A stretch of DNA of 40,590 bases from Patescibacteria group bacterium (GCA_022711075.1 JAKLFS010000002.1:1-40590); one strand, 5' to 3'. Shown: positions 17,616 to 26,262, numbered from the stretch's first letter. Notes: generated by a model from the sequence alone, not told the origin. Made by a program: numbers and translations.

Positions 17616-19010
17616 ATGCGCGTTAAAAAAATTTTCCAAAAAGAATGGTTTTTGATAGCCATTATTGTTTTGGCGGCCATTGTGACCCGTTTTTATCATT
17701 TCGGCCAGCCGAATCAAATTATTTTTGATGAAGTTTATTTTCCGAAATTCGCCACTGATTATTTCAGGGGCGATTATTATTTTGACATCCATCCGCCCTT
17801 GGCGAAATTGATGATGGCGGGCACGGCCAAGCTTTTGGGCACTGATTTGCCGACCACCTTTGATTTTAAGAATATCAGCCAGACCTATCCGGATGATTCG
17901 TATAAGATTTTGAGGTTTTTGGTCAGTTCTTTCGGCGTAATGCTAATAATCGGAATTTACTTTTTAACCAAAGAATTATTCCATAATAAATGGCCGGCAT
18001 TTTTAGCGGGCCTTTTGGCAATTTTTGATAATGCTCTTTTGGTGCAATCGCGCGTTATTTTAACGGATGTTTTTCTTCTGGCTTTCGGCGTTTTGGGCCT
18101 GGTTTTTATTTTTGTTTCGCGCCGGAAGCGGCCATTCAGTTGTTCCTGGTTTGTCTTTTTGATTCTGGCTGGTCTTTTTTTGGCTGCTGGCCTTAGCGTC
18201 AAGTGGACGGCTTTGCTTTTTGTGGGCGTGGCTGGAATCATTCTCTTGACGGATTGGCTGAAAAATAAGCAATTTAAAGTTTTCTTGAGCCAATTTCTGG
18301 TGCTCTTGGTGGTTTCTTCTTTATTTTATTTTTCTATTTTTGCCATTCATTTAAAACTCCTTCCTCAGAGCGGCACTGGCGATGCCTTTATGAGCCAAAG
18401 ATTCCAGCGGACGCTGATCGGCAATCCGCTTTACGGCAATTCGGAGATTAAGCCGGCCAATATTTTTCAAAAATTCATAGAATTGAACAAGGTCATGTAT
18501 TCGGCTAACGCCGGCCTGACTGCCACCCATGCTTACGGTTCAAGGTGGTACACTTGGCCGCTTCTAATCAGGCCGATTTATTATTGGTTTGGCGCCGGCG
18601 ACGATGTGTCCAGTAAAATTTATTTGCAGGGTAATCCGCTAATTTGGTGGCCCGGCTTTTTAGCTATTATTTATTGGTTTTTTTGGTTTTGGCGTCAGGC
18701 TTTCCAAAAAAACAAAGACCGGGATTTTACCAGCATCGGCTTTATTTTGGCCGGGTATTTTTGTAATCTCTTACCTTACGTTTTCGTGAGCCGGGTCTCC
18801 TTTCTTTATCATTACTTTCCTTCTTTGATTTTTTTGTTTATTGCTTTGGGATTTTTCCTTTGGAAATATTTTCAAAAATATCCCTATTTGGTTGCTGTTG
18901 TGCTGTTGTTGATTATCGCGTCTTTTGCTTTTTTCGCTCCGCTTAGTTACGGTCTGCCGTTAACGGAGTCGGTTTTTAATGAGAGGGTCTGGTTGCCCAC
19001 GTGGTTGTAA
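17616..19010 (+). CDS. Dolichyl/polyprenyl-phosphate-mannose protein mannosyltransferase-like (PMT family, GT39, GT-C fold)
   Basis: The N-terminal loop carries the DE motif and PMT signature (IIFDEVYFPKFATDY...YFDIHPPLAKL). About 11 transmembrane helices follow. Confidence 0.8.
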   Translation: MRVKKIFQKEWFLIAIIVLAAIVTRFYHFGQPNQIIFDEVYFPKFATDYFRGDYYFDIHPPLAKLMMAGTAKLLGTDLPTTFDFKNISQTYPDDSYKILRFLVSSFGVMLIIGIYFLTKELFHNKWPAFLAGLLAIFDNALLVQSRVILTDVFLLAFGVLGLVFIFVSRRKRPFSCSWFVFLILAGLFLAAGLSVKWTALLFVGVAGIILLTDWLKNKQFKVFLSQFLVLLVVSSLFYFSIFAIHLKLLPQSGTGDAFMSQRFQRTLIGNPLYGNSEIKPANIFQKFIELNKVMYSANAGLTATHAYGSRWYTWPLLIRPIYYWFGAGDDVSSKIYLQGNPLIWWPGFLAIIYWFFWFWRQAFQKNKDRDFTSIGFILAGYFCNLLPYVFVSRVSFLYHYFPSLIFLFIALGFFLWKYFQKYPYLVAVVLLLIIASFAFFAPLSYGLPLTESVFNERVWLPTWL

Positions 19011-19021
19011 ACTGAAAAGCA

Positions 19022-19049
19022 TTGCGTTTTTCCAAAAAAAAGCTATTAT
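19022..19049 (+). promoter_or_regulatory. Putative promoter for tRNA-Lys (TTGCGT-16-TATTAT)
   Basis: TTGCGT (19022-19027), 16-nt spacer, TATTAT (19044-19049). The -10 box ends 25 nt before the tRNA 5' end. Confidence 0.4.
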
Positions 19050-19074
19050 TAAAAAATACGTTAGCCAATATTTT

Positions 19075-19148
19075 CCGCCCGTAGCTCAGCCCGGTAGAGC
19101 AACTGCCTTTTAAGCAGATGGTCGCAGGTTCGAATCCTGCCGGGCGGA
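19075..19148 (+). tRNA. tRNA-Lys (anticodon UUU), no encoded CCA
   Basis: Cloverleaf folded by hand. The acceptor stem is CCGCCCG/CGGGCGG with discriminator A, and the D stem is GCTC/GAGC. The anticodon loop is CTTTTAA. The T arm is GCAGG-TTCGAAT-CCTGC. The 3' flank is CGT, not CCA. Confidence 0.9.
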
Positions 19149-19155
19149 CGTAATC

Positions 19156-19175
19156 AATCCGCTCTTGGGCGGATT
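19156..19175 (+). other. 7-bp GC-containing hairpin just 3' of the tRNA (AATCCGC/GCGGATT), no U-tract
   Basis: Inverted repeat read directly. It is followed by an A-rich sequence that contains a TAAAAT box at 19175-19180. Confidence 0.4.
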
Positions 19176-19187
19176 AAAATAAAAAAT

Positions 19188-20507
19188 ATGATGGACAATA
19201 ATCAAAAGAAATTAAAAAAGAGAGCTTTGATTTGGCTGATTGCCATTATTATCATTTCCGTTATGGCCGGTCTATTTGCTTACGGCAATGTCGGTTTTCT
19301 GCCTAATTGGGCGAAAAAGCCGTTCCGCTTGGGCTTGGATTTAAGCGGTGGCACCCGGCTTTTATACGAAGCCGATGTGAGTCAAATTCCCCAGGGGGAT
19401 CGCGCTTCCACGATGAGCGGTTTGCGCGACGTGATTGAGCGCCGCGTCAATCTTTTTGGCGTCAGCGAGCCGCGGGTGGAAACTTTGGAAGTGGGTGACA
19501 GCTATCGTTTGGTGGTGGAGCTGGCTGGTATCAAAGATATTAAACAAGCCATTCAAATGATCGGCGCCACCCCCTACTTGGAATTCAAGGAACAAAGAAG
19601 CGAAGAAGAAACCAATTTAATTTTGGAAAAGCAAAAGGCCAACGACCCGCTTTACGCTAATGTCGACCCTTATTTCACTTCCTCGGAGCCGTCCTTGACC
19701 GGTAAATATCTGAAAACCAGCGTCTTGGAATTTAATCAGCAAACCTATGAGCCGTATGTCGGTTTGCAATTTAACGATGAGGGCGCGAAAATTTTTGAAG
19801 AGCTAACCACTAAAAATGTGGGGAAAATTTTGGCGATTTATTTGGATGGTCAGCCTATTTCTTTGCCCCAGGTGAAAGAGCCGATTTCCGGCGGCAAGGC
19901 GCAGATTAATGGCAAATTCAATGCAGATCAGGCGAAAACTTTGGTGGAAAGCTTGAATGCCGGCGCTTTGCCCGTTCCTATTAAACTTGTTTCGCAGCAA
20001 TCCGTGGAAGCGAGTTTGGGCGCGACTTCTTTAAAGTTGGGCGTTAAAGCGGGAATAATCGGCATTTGTTTGGTGATAGCTTTTATGCTTCTTTATTATC
20101 GAGTGCTCGGGCTTTTTGCCAGCCTAGCTCTAATAATTTATACAATTTTGTCTTTGGCCATATTCAAGCTTATTCCTGTAACTTTGACCCTTTCCGGTAT
20201 CGCCGGCTTTATTTTATCCATTGGTATGGCTGTTGACGCTAATATTTTGATTTTTGCCCGTTCCAAAGAGGAAATGAAATTGGGCTTAAATAAGTTTCGG
20301 GCGATTGAAGAAGGGTTTAAGAGGGCGTGGCCGTCAATTCGCGATTCCAATATTTCCACCATCATTACCTGCCTGATTCTTTATAATTTCACCACTTCTA
20401 TTATTAAAGGATTTTCTTTGACCCTTTTAATCGGTGTGGTGGTAAGCATGTTTACGGCCATCACTGTTACCCGGTCGTTTTTGAGAGTATTTATGAAAGG
20501 TGATTAA
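19188..20507 (+). CDS. secD: Protein translocase subunit SecD
   Basis: N-terminal TM helix, GLDLSGGTRLLYEA, a periplasmic domain, and a C-terminal six-TM block (GIAGFILSIGMAVDANILIFAR). Confidence 0.9.
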   Translation: MMDNNQKKLKKRALIWLIAIIIISVMAGLFAYGNVGFLPNWAKKPFRLGLDLSGGTRLLYEADVSQIPQGDRASTMSGLRDVIERRVNLFGVSEPRVETLEVGDSYRLVVELAGIKDIKQAIQMIGATPYLEFKEQRSEEETNLILEKQKANDPLYANVDPYFTSSEPSLTGKYLKTSVLEFNQQTYEPYVGLQFNDEGAKIFEELTTKNVGKILAIYLDGQPISLPQVKEPISGGKAQINGKFNADQAKTLVESLNAGALPVPIKLVSQQSVEASLGATSLKLGVKAGIIGICLVIAFMLLYYRVLGLFASLALIIYTILSLAIFKLIPVTLTLSGIAGFILSIGMAVDANILIFARSKEEMKLGLNKFRAIEEGFKRAWPSIRDSNISTIITCLILYNFTTSIIKGFSLTLLIGVVVSMFTAITVTRSFLRVFMKGD

Positions 20508-20512
20508 AAAAT

Positions 20513-21421
20513 ATGACAATCCCATTTGTTAAAAATAGAAAAATTGCTTATATCTTTTCCGCGGCGTTAATTACTCTGTCTTTGGCGAGCCTCATCTTCT
20601 TCGGTTTTAAAGCGGGAATGGATTTTGTCGGCGGCTCACTTTTGGAATTGAAAATTACCAATGTTCAAGTCACCAACGAGCAGATTCAAGAGGTTCTAAA
20701 GAGCTTTGATATTAATGACGCGATTATTACCGGAATCGGTTCTGACGGCCTATCGGTGCGGATGAAAGAAGTGAGCGAAGAGCAGCATCAACTGCTGATT
20801 CAGGAATTAAAAGATAAATTTTCCGGCCTTGAAGAAACGCGTTTTGAATCAATGGGTCCGGCCATCGGCAAGGAATTGAAAAACAAATCAATTACTGGAA
20901 TAATTTTCGTTATCCTAGGCATCAGCCTTTATTTGACTTATGCTTTTCGGAAAGTGTCCCGGCCAATGGCTTCTTGGAAATATGGTTTGGTTACAGTAAT
21001 TGCTTTGATGCACGATGTGATTATCCCGGCTGGAGTTTTTTCCGCGCTCGGTCATTTCTTGGGCTGGGAAATTGACGCTAATTTCATCGTCGCTTTGCTC
21101 GTGGTTTTGGGCTTTTCCGTCCACGATACCATTGTGGTTATGGACCGTATTCGGGAAAAGTTGCGTTTGCAGCCCGGATTGGACTTTGGTTCCACGGTTA
21201 ATCAAAGCATTAACGAAACAATGACCCGTTCTATCAATACTTCCTTAACCTTGATCTTAGTCCTCTTATCCTTATTTATTTTCGGTCCGGTTTCTCTGAA
21301 GAATTTCGTTCTCGTTCTTCTCATCGGTACTTTCTTTGGCACTTATTCTTCCATTTTTGTCGCCAGCCCATTGCTTTATGATTGGTGTCTTTGGGATAAA
21401 CGCCGGCAGATTAAAAAATAG
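20513..21421 (+). CDS. secF: Protein translocase subunit SecF
   Basis: GMDFVGGSLLEL, LMHDVIIPAG and GFSVHDTIVVMDRIRE are present. It lies immediately downstream of secD. Confidence 0.9.
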   Translation: MTIPFVKNRKIAYIFSAALITLSLASLIFFGFKAGMDFVGGSLLELKITNVQVTNEQIQEVLKSFDINDAIITGIGSDGLSVRMKEVSEEQHQLLIQELKDKFSGLEETRFESMGPAIGKELKNKSITGIIFVILGISLYLTYAFRKVSRPMASWKYGLVTVIALMHDVIIPAGVFSALGHFLGWEIDANFIVALLVVLGFSVHDTIVVMDRIREKLRLQPGLDFGSTVNQSINETMTRSINTSLTLILVLLSLFIFGPVSLKNFVLVLLIGTFFGTYSSIFVASPLLYDWCLWDKRRQIKK

Positions 21422-21446
21422 TTAATCAATTCAAAATATTATTCAG

Positions 21447-21488
21447 AATAAACGCCCTCAACCAAAAAGTTCTGGGCGTTTATTTTTT
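21447..21488 (+). terminator. Rho-independent terminator after secF
   Basis: 11-bp stem AATAAACGCCC (21447-21457) / GGGCGTTTATT (21474-21484) with a 16-nt loop, running into a T-run that ends at 21488. Confidence 0.7.
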
Positions 21489-21498
21489 CCTTTATTTT

Positions 21499-21507
21499 TG
21501 CTATTAT
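21499..21507 (+). promoter_or_regulatory. Putative extended -10 promoter (TGcTATTAT) of alaS
   Basis: TG at 21499-21500 and TATTAT at 21502-21507. The alaS ATG begins 6 nt after the -10 box and no SD-like sequence lies between them. Confidence 0.45.
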
Positions 21508-21513
21508 TTCAAT

Positions 21514-23337
21514 ATGACAGCCCAGGAACTAAGAAAAAAATATTTTGATTTTTTTACAGCCAAGGGACATAAAATTATTCCTTCGGCACCTTTAATTCCG
21601 GAAAACGACCCCACGGTTTTATTCACCACAGCAGGAATGCATCCTCTAATTCCTTTTCTTTTGGGCGAAAGACATCCGGCTGGGAAAAAATTGGTAAGTG
21701 TTCAAAAATGTATTCGTACTGCTGACATTGAAGAAGTGGGCGATGATACGCACCTGACTTTTTTTGAAATGCTGGGTAATTGGTCTTTAGGCGATTATTT
21801 TAAGAAGGAAGCGATTGAATGGAGCTTTGAGTTTTTAACTTCCAAAAAATGGCTGGGTTTGGAAAAAGAAAAATTGGCCGTCTCGGTTTTTGCCGGAGAT
21901 AAAGACGCGCCTTTTGACGAGGAAGCGTATGGCCTTTGGAAAAATTTAGTGATTTCCGAAAAACGGATTGCTAAATTGCCGAAAAAAAATAATTGGTGGG
22001 GACCGGCCGGAGAAACCGGACCCTGCGGTCCAGATTCGGAAATGTTTTATTGGATTGGTCAGACAGAAGCGCCGGAAATTTTTGATCCCGAGGACAGCCA
22101 ATGGGTGGAAATCTGGAACGATGTTTTTATGCAATATAATAAAACCAAAGAAGGCAAATATGAAGTTTTAAAACAGCAAAATGTTGATACTGGTATGGGT
22201 CTGGAAAGAACTTTTGCGATTTTAAATAACGAACCCAGTGTTTATGAAACGGAGTTATTTAAAGGCATTGTTTTAGTGATTAGAAAGTTGGCTTCTTTGG
22301 AAGATTATGAAAGTTCATTTGACCGTTTGTATAATGCCGGAAGTATTGTTAATCAAGAAGTTGATAACTTAAAGGAAAGAGCGGAGAAAATGTTAAGTAT
22401 CAGGATTATTGCCGACCACATTAAAGCCGCGGTTTTTATTTTGGCCGAGGGCTTGGAGCCGTCTAATACAGAAAGGGGATATGTGTTGCGGCGCTTGATT
22501 CGTCGAGCAGTGCGCTACGGGAAATTCTTAGGGATAAATCGTAGTTTTACTTTTCAAGTGGCCCAGCCGATTATTGGAATTTATCAAGATGTTTATCCGG
22601 AATTGTTAAAGAATAAAGATTTTATTGAAGAGCAGTTGATTAGAGAAGAGGAAAAGTTTTCTAAAACTTTGGAGCAAGGATTAAAGGAATTGAGGGTTTT
22701 GGAAAATCAATTAGCCAGCATTACCGGTCGGCAAGGATTTGATTTGTATCAGAGTTATGGATTTCCCAAAGAAATGATAAGAGAAGAGGCTCGTAAGGTC
22801 TCTGAAAATTTTGATCAAGAATTCGACGAGGCCTTAAAAAAACACCAGGAACTTTCGCGGACCGCATCAGCCGGAATGTTCAAGGCTGGCTTGGCAGACC
22901 ATTCGGAAATTGCGATAAAATATCATACTGCTACGCACTTATTGCAGCAAGCCCTACGCGATGTTTTGGGTCGGGAAGTTGGCCAAAAAGGCAGTAATAT
23001 TAATGCTGAGCGGTTGCGCTTTGATTTTTCTTATGGCCAAAAAATGACCGCTGAACAAATTAAAAAAGTGGAGGATATTGTCAATGAGAAAATCAATGAA
23101 GCTTTGCCGGCAATGCTGAAAGAGATGTCTTTGGCCGAAGCGAAAGCTTCGGGCGCCATTGGATTATTTGCTGAGAAGTATGGAGACCGAGTTAAAGTAT
23201 ATTCCATTGGTGATTATTCCAAGGAAATTTGTGGAGGTCCACATGTTCAAAACACCAAAGAATTGGGCCATTTTAAAATAATCAAAGAAGAGGCGGTTTC
23301 TCAGGGAGTACGGCGTATCAAAGCTGTTTTAGAGTAG
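21514..23337 (+). CDS. alaS: Alanyl-tRNA synthetase, short form of 607 aa
   Basis: N-terminus ELRKKYFDFFTAKGHKIIPSAPLIPENDPTVLFTTAGM, then FEMLGNWS and WVEIWNDVFMQYN. The editing-domain zinc ligands are present (HTATHLL, CGGPHV). Confidence 0.9.
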   Translation: MTAQELRKKYFDFFTAKGHKIIPSAPLIPENDPTVLFTTAGMHPLIPFLLGERHPAGKKLVSVQKCIRTADIEEVGDDTHLTFFEMLGNWSLGDYFKKEAIEWSFEFLTSKKWLGLEKEKLAVSVFAGDKDAPFDEEAYGLWKNLVISEKRIAKLPKKNNWWGPAGETGPCGPDSEMFYWIGQTEAPEIFDPEDSQWVEIWNDVFMQYNKTKEGKYEVLKQQNVDTGMGLERTFAILNNEPSVYETELFKGIVLVIRKLASLEDYESSFDRLYNAGSIVNQEVDNLKERAEKMLSIRIIADHIKAAVFILAEGLEPSNTERGYVLRRLIRRAVRYGKFLGINRSFTFQVAQPIIGIYQDVYPELLKNKDFIEEQLIREEEKFSKTLEQGLKELRVLENQLASITGRQGFDLYQSYGFPKEMIREEARKVSENFDQEFDEALKKHQELSRTASAGMFKAGLADHSEIAIKYHTATHLLQQALRDVLGREVGQKGSNINAERLRFDFSYGQKMTAEQIKKVEDIVNEKINEALPAMLKEMSLAEAKASGAIGLFAEKYGDRVKVYSIGDYSKEICGGPHVQNTKELGHFKIIKEEAVSQGVRRIKAVLE

Positions 23338-23371
23338 CCGAGAGTAAAAAATTATCGTATAATAATATCAG

Positions 23372-24592
23372 ATGCTCAATTTTCGCAACCTTTTTCGCCA
23401 TAAATGGAACAGGGTGTTAATTTTTAACATCAGTCGGAAGGGTTTGGCTGCCTTGGAGGCGGATTTTAATTTTGCTGATAAAAAGATAAGGCTAAGAAAC
23501 GATTTTGAATTTTTGGCTCCGGCTGGCGAGGCTTTTAGCATGGGCGATGCTTTAATCGATCTGGAAAAAATTACCCAGGCTACTTCTCGGAATACGTCAT
23601 TGATTTTTCTTTTTGAAAAACCATTCCTAAAATCCACTCTCTCCGTTTTTTCGATCATTCGGGAAAAACCATTGGAGTTGATTGATGAAGAAGAGCTGGA
23701 AAATGTTATTTTGAATTTAGCTTGGCGCTTGTATGATCGGGAGCGGCCGATTGTCAGCAGGGTCCTTGGCGTTTCCGAGTTTGACCTTGTTCTTACCTCG
23801 TCCAAAATTAAAGATCCTCGGATTGACGGCCGCAAGATTTTAAATCCCATTGGCTTTGCCGGTCGGCGCCTCGGTTTTACCTTTGAAAATACGTATAGCC
23901 AAAAAGATTTTTGGGAAAAACTGATGAAAATTCCCAGGCGTTTTAAGGGAGAAGCTAATTTTTTAGTAGAGGACAATTTGGTTTTTGATAAGGTTTTTTC
24001 CCTGTTGGACGAGCAGGGAATTTTAGTGGAAATCGGGCCGGAGGAAACTCGTGTCGGTCAACTGGGCAATTTTTTGAAAAATTCCGAATCCTTCAATTGG
24101 GGCGAAGAAAATATTACGAAGTTGATTGCCAAAAGTTTTTCTGTTCCGCTGGAAGCGGCTCGGGAACTGAAAGAACGTTACCAGGCCGGGAATTTAAGCG
24201 GTCACAGCCTGCATTATCTGGAGAAAATACTGCTTAATGAGTTGAAAATTTTAATTGACGGCGTTAGTTTGGCGATTAAGAATTTTACCGTCGAGGATAC
24301 CAAGGGCTGGAATCTTTATTTGAGCGGTTCATTGGTCGGGTTTCCCAGGCTTTTGGAATGTTTCAGGAGCCATCCTTGGTCGCGGACTATTTTGAAGAGG
24401 CGGCCGGTAATTGGACCATACCAAAAAGAAAGAATTTTTGATAAAATAAATGTGGCCGTGGAAGGATTGGAGAATTTAACGTGTTCGGATTCTTTGGCTT
24501 TGACCGTGGCTATGGCCGAGCTTTTTCTGCCGGAATCGCCATATCAGGAGCTCAATAAGATTCTGAAACGCCGCATTAAGTGGTTAAAATAA
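23372..24592 (+). CDS. Divergent FtsA/PilM-like actin-fold (ASKHA) protein with degenerate nucleotide-binding loops
   Basis: The region ILNPIGFAGRRLGFTF...GILVEIGPEETRVG...FNWGEENITKLIAKSFSVPLEAARELKERYQ is collinear with E. coni FtsA-type blocks, that is IKNPVGLSGVRMQAKV...GVCVVDIGGGTMDIA...IPYAGNVVTSDIAYAFGTPPSDAEAIKVRHG of E. coli FtsA. It ends in a basic amphipathic C-terminus (LNKILKRRIKWLK) resembling the FtsA membrane-targeting helix. Confidence 0.55.
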   Translation: MLNFRNLFRHKWNRVLIFNISRKGLAALEADFNFADKKIRLRNDFEFLAPAGEAFSMGDALIDLEKITQATSRNTSLIFLFEKPFLKSTLSVFSIIREKPLELIDEEELENVILNLAWRLYDRERPIVSRVLGVSEFDLVLTSSKIKDPRIDGRKILNPIGFAGRRLGFTFENTYSQKDFWEKLMKIPRRFKGEANFLVEDNLVFDKVFSLLDEQGILVEIGPEETRVGQLGNFLKNSESFNWGEENITKLIAKSFSVPLEAARELKERYQAGNLSGHSLHYLEKILLNELKILIDGVSLAIKNFTVEDTKGWNLYLSGSLVGFPRLLECFRSHPWSRTILKRRPVIGPYQKERIFDKINVAVEGLENLTCSDSLALTVAMAELFLPESPYQELNKILKRRIKWLK

Positions 24593-24603
24593 TAAATCGT
24601 CTT

Positions 24604-26262
24604 ATGAAAATGGAGAATATTTATATTGAAAGCGATGATGATGTCTCAAGGGTTGTTGAGCGCATTTTGAATACGCAAAGCGATAATATCGTTTTGTTTC
24701 TGCCAGAGCAGGCTAAGATCAGCGAAACCATTCTCAATTTACGGCTTCTTCTCAGAGAGGCGAAGGCTGCGAAAAAGAAAATATTTTTGAATACTGAAGA
24801 AGAAGAAGTGGCGGCGATGGCCGAAGAAGTCGGCATTCCGGTAATGAAATACAAAGAGCCGGTTAAACCGGTGTCGCGCGGACCATCTTTTATTCGCGAC
24901 ATTGCCCCTCCGGTCAGAAATAAGAAAGAGAGGGTGGTTGATGGAGTTAAAAAAGAAGAAGTCCTCCGTCCATTGGAAAAGTCAGAAATTCCTGCTGTTT
25001 CCAAAAATAATTTTGTTTCAAAAAGCGTTTCTTCAAATTGGCTCAATGCTCAAGAAGAGGAGTCGGAGAAAAAATCGGCCCTGCGGAAAAGCAAACGGCA
25101 TCGGCACTTACCCAAAGGCGTTGTCTTGGCGGGCTTGGCGATTATTATTGTTTTGGCGCTTGGAGCCTCCGGAGTTTATTTATTCAGCAGCGCCGAGGTT
25201 CAAATAGTCACCAAAAAGATTACTTGGCAGAATCAGAGCGCCGTTCTGGCCTTAAAAAGTTTGGACGAAGCGGATCAGGTCAATTTTAAGATTCCGGCGG
25301 AGTATTTAAAATTTTCCAGACAGGCATCCCAGGATTTTCCGGCCACAGGATTGAAAGACGTCAAAGTTAAAAGTTCGGGGAAAATAAAGATTTTTAACGC
25401 TTATAGTTCTACGCCGCAGAATTTGGTTGTGAACACCCGTTTTCTTTCGCAAAGCGGAAAGATTTTCAGGTTGACGGCTGGAGTAATCGTGCCCGGCGCC
25501 AAAGTGGAAGCGGGGAAAATTATTCCCTCTTTTGTTGAAGTGAAGGTAGTGGCTGATCAAGCCGGTGCCGAATACAACATTGAACCCACTCATTTTACCA
25601 TTCCCGGTTTTCAGGGAACGCCCAAATACGATAAATTTTACGCTGATTCCAGCGAAGCGATGACTGGCGGCTATGTCGGGCAAGCCAAAATTATCAGTCA
25701 GGAAGATTTGAATCAAGCCAAAAGTCAGCTAACGGAATTGGCTCAAGTTTCTTTGGACGAAGAATTTCAGAGCAAATTTCCCCAGGGCTTTATAATATTG
25801 AATGAAGCCAAGAGTTTTACCGTGGAAAAAATTGTTTATTCCGGTTTAGTTGGAGACCAGATGGAAACTTTCAGCGGCAGCGTTACGGCCAGTCTGAAAA
25901 CCATCGCTTTTCGCGAATCCGACATTAAAGGAGTTTTTCTGGCCAGCGCCATCAAAAGCGATTCGGTTTTGGCGGAAAAAGAATTATTCAGCAGCGATTT
26001 CCAATACGGCATGCCGCGGGTTGATTTCGAAAAGGGGATGATTTCTTTTCCGGTAAACGCCACCCTGGTTTTTCGTGATCAGATTGATGTCAGTGGTTTC
26101 CCCAAGGAATTGGCTGGTCTGAGTGAGAAACAATTTCAGAAGTTTTTCGCTGATTTACCGGGCATTGAAAGCGGCATCATCAAAGTTAAACCCAGCTTTT
26201 TGAATTTTTTGCCCCTTAACGTTAAGAATATTAAGATTGTCTTAGACCCGACAGCCAATTAA
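24604..26262 (+). CDS. Bitopic membrane protein: about 100-aa cytoplasmic N-domain, charged linker, one TM helix, and about 360-aa beta-rich extracytoplasmic domain (possibly baseplate J/gp47-like)
   Basis: The long ORF has a single hydrophobic helix (VVLAGLAIIIVLALGASGVYLF). The external region (VKVVADQAGAEYNIEPTHFTIPGF...) loosely recalls baseplate-J-like repeats. I prefer the ATG at 24604 over the GTG at 24580. Confidence 0.5.
   Translation: MKMENIYIESDDDVSRVVERILNTQSDNIVLFLPEQAKISETILNLRLLLREAKAAKKKIFLNTEEEEVAAMAEEVGIPVMKYKEPVKPVSRGPSFIRDIAPPVRNKKERVVDGVKKEEVLRPLEKSEIPAVSKNNFVSKSVSSNWLNAQEEESEKKSALRKSKRHRHLPKGVVLAGLAIIIVLALGASGVYLFSSAEVQIVTKKITWQNQSAVLALKSLDEADQVNFKIPAEYLKFSRQASQDFPATGLKDVKVKSSGKIKIFNAYSSTPQNLVVNTRFLSQSGKIFRLTAGVIVPGAKVEAGKIIPSFVEVKVVADQAGAEYNIEPTHFTIPGFQGTPKYDKFYADSSEAMTGGYVGQAKIISQEDLNQAKSQLTELAQVSLDEEFQSKFPQGFIILNEAKSFTVEKIVYSGLVGDQMETFSGSVTASLKTIAFRESDIKGVFLASAIKSDSVLAEKELFSSDFQYGMPRVDFEKGMISFPVNATLVFRDQIDVSGFPKELAGLSEKQFQKFFADLPGIESGIIKVKPSFLNFLPLNVKNIKIVLDPTAN

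Noticed and set aside
23368-23976. 202-aa minus-strand ORF overlapping the 5' half of the FtsA-like gene
   Set aside because: The Ser/Lys/Arg-rich low-complexity translation (including an SSSSSS run) has no motifs. The plus-strand frame has collinear FtsA-like blocks and a promoter-like -10 box. It is treated as a shadow ORF.
24621-25716. Antisense ORFs (24621-25046 and 25306-25716, minus strand) and off-frame plus-strand ORFs (24902-25289) within the bitopic membrane-protein gene
   Set aside because: They are short, compositionally biased and mutually overlapping. The long 24604-26262 frame, with a clean TM helix and domain-like organisation, explains the region better.
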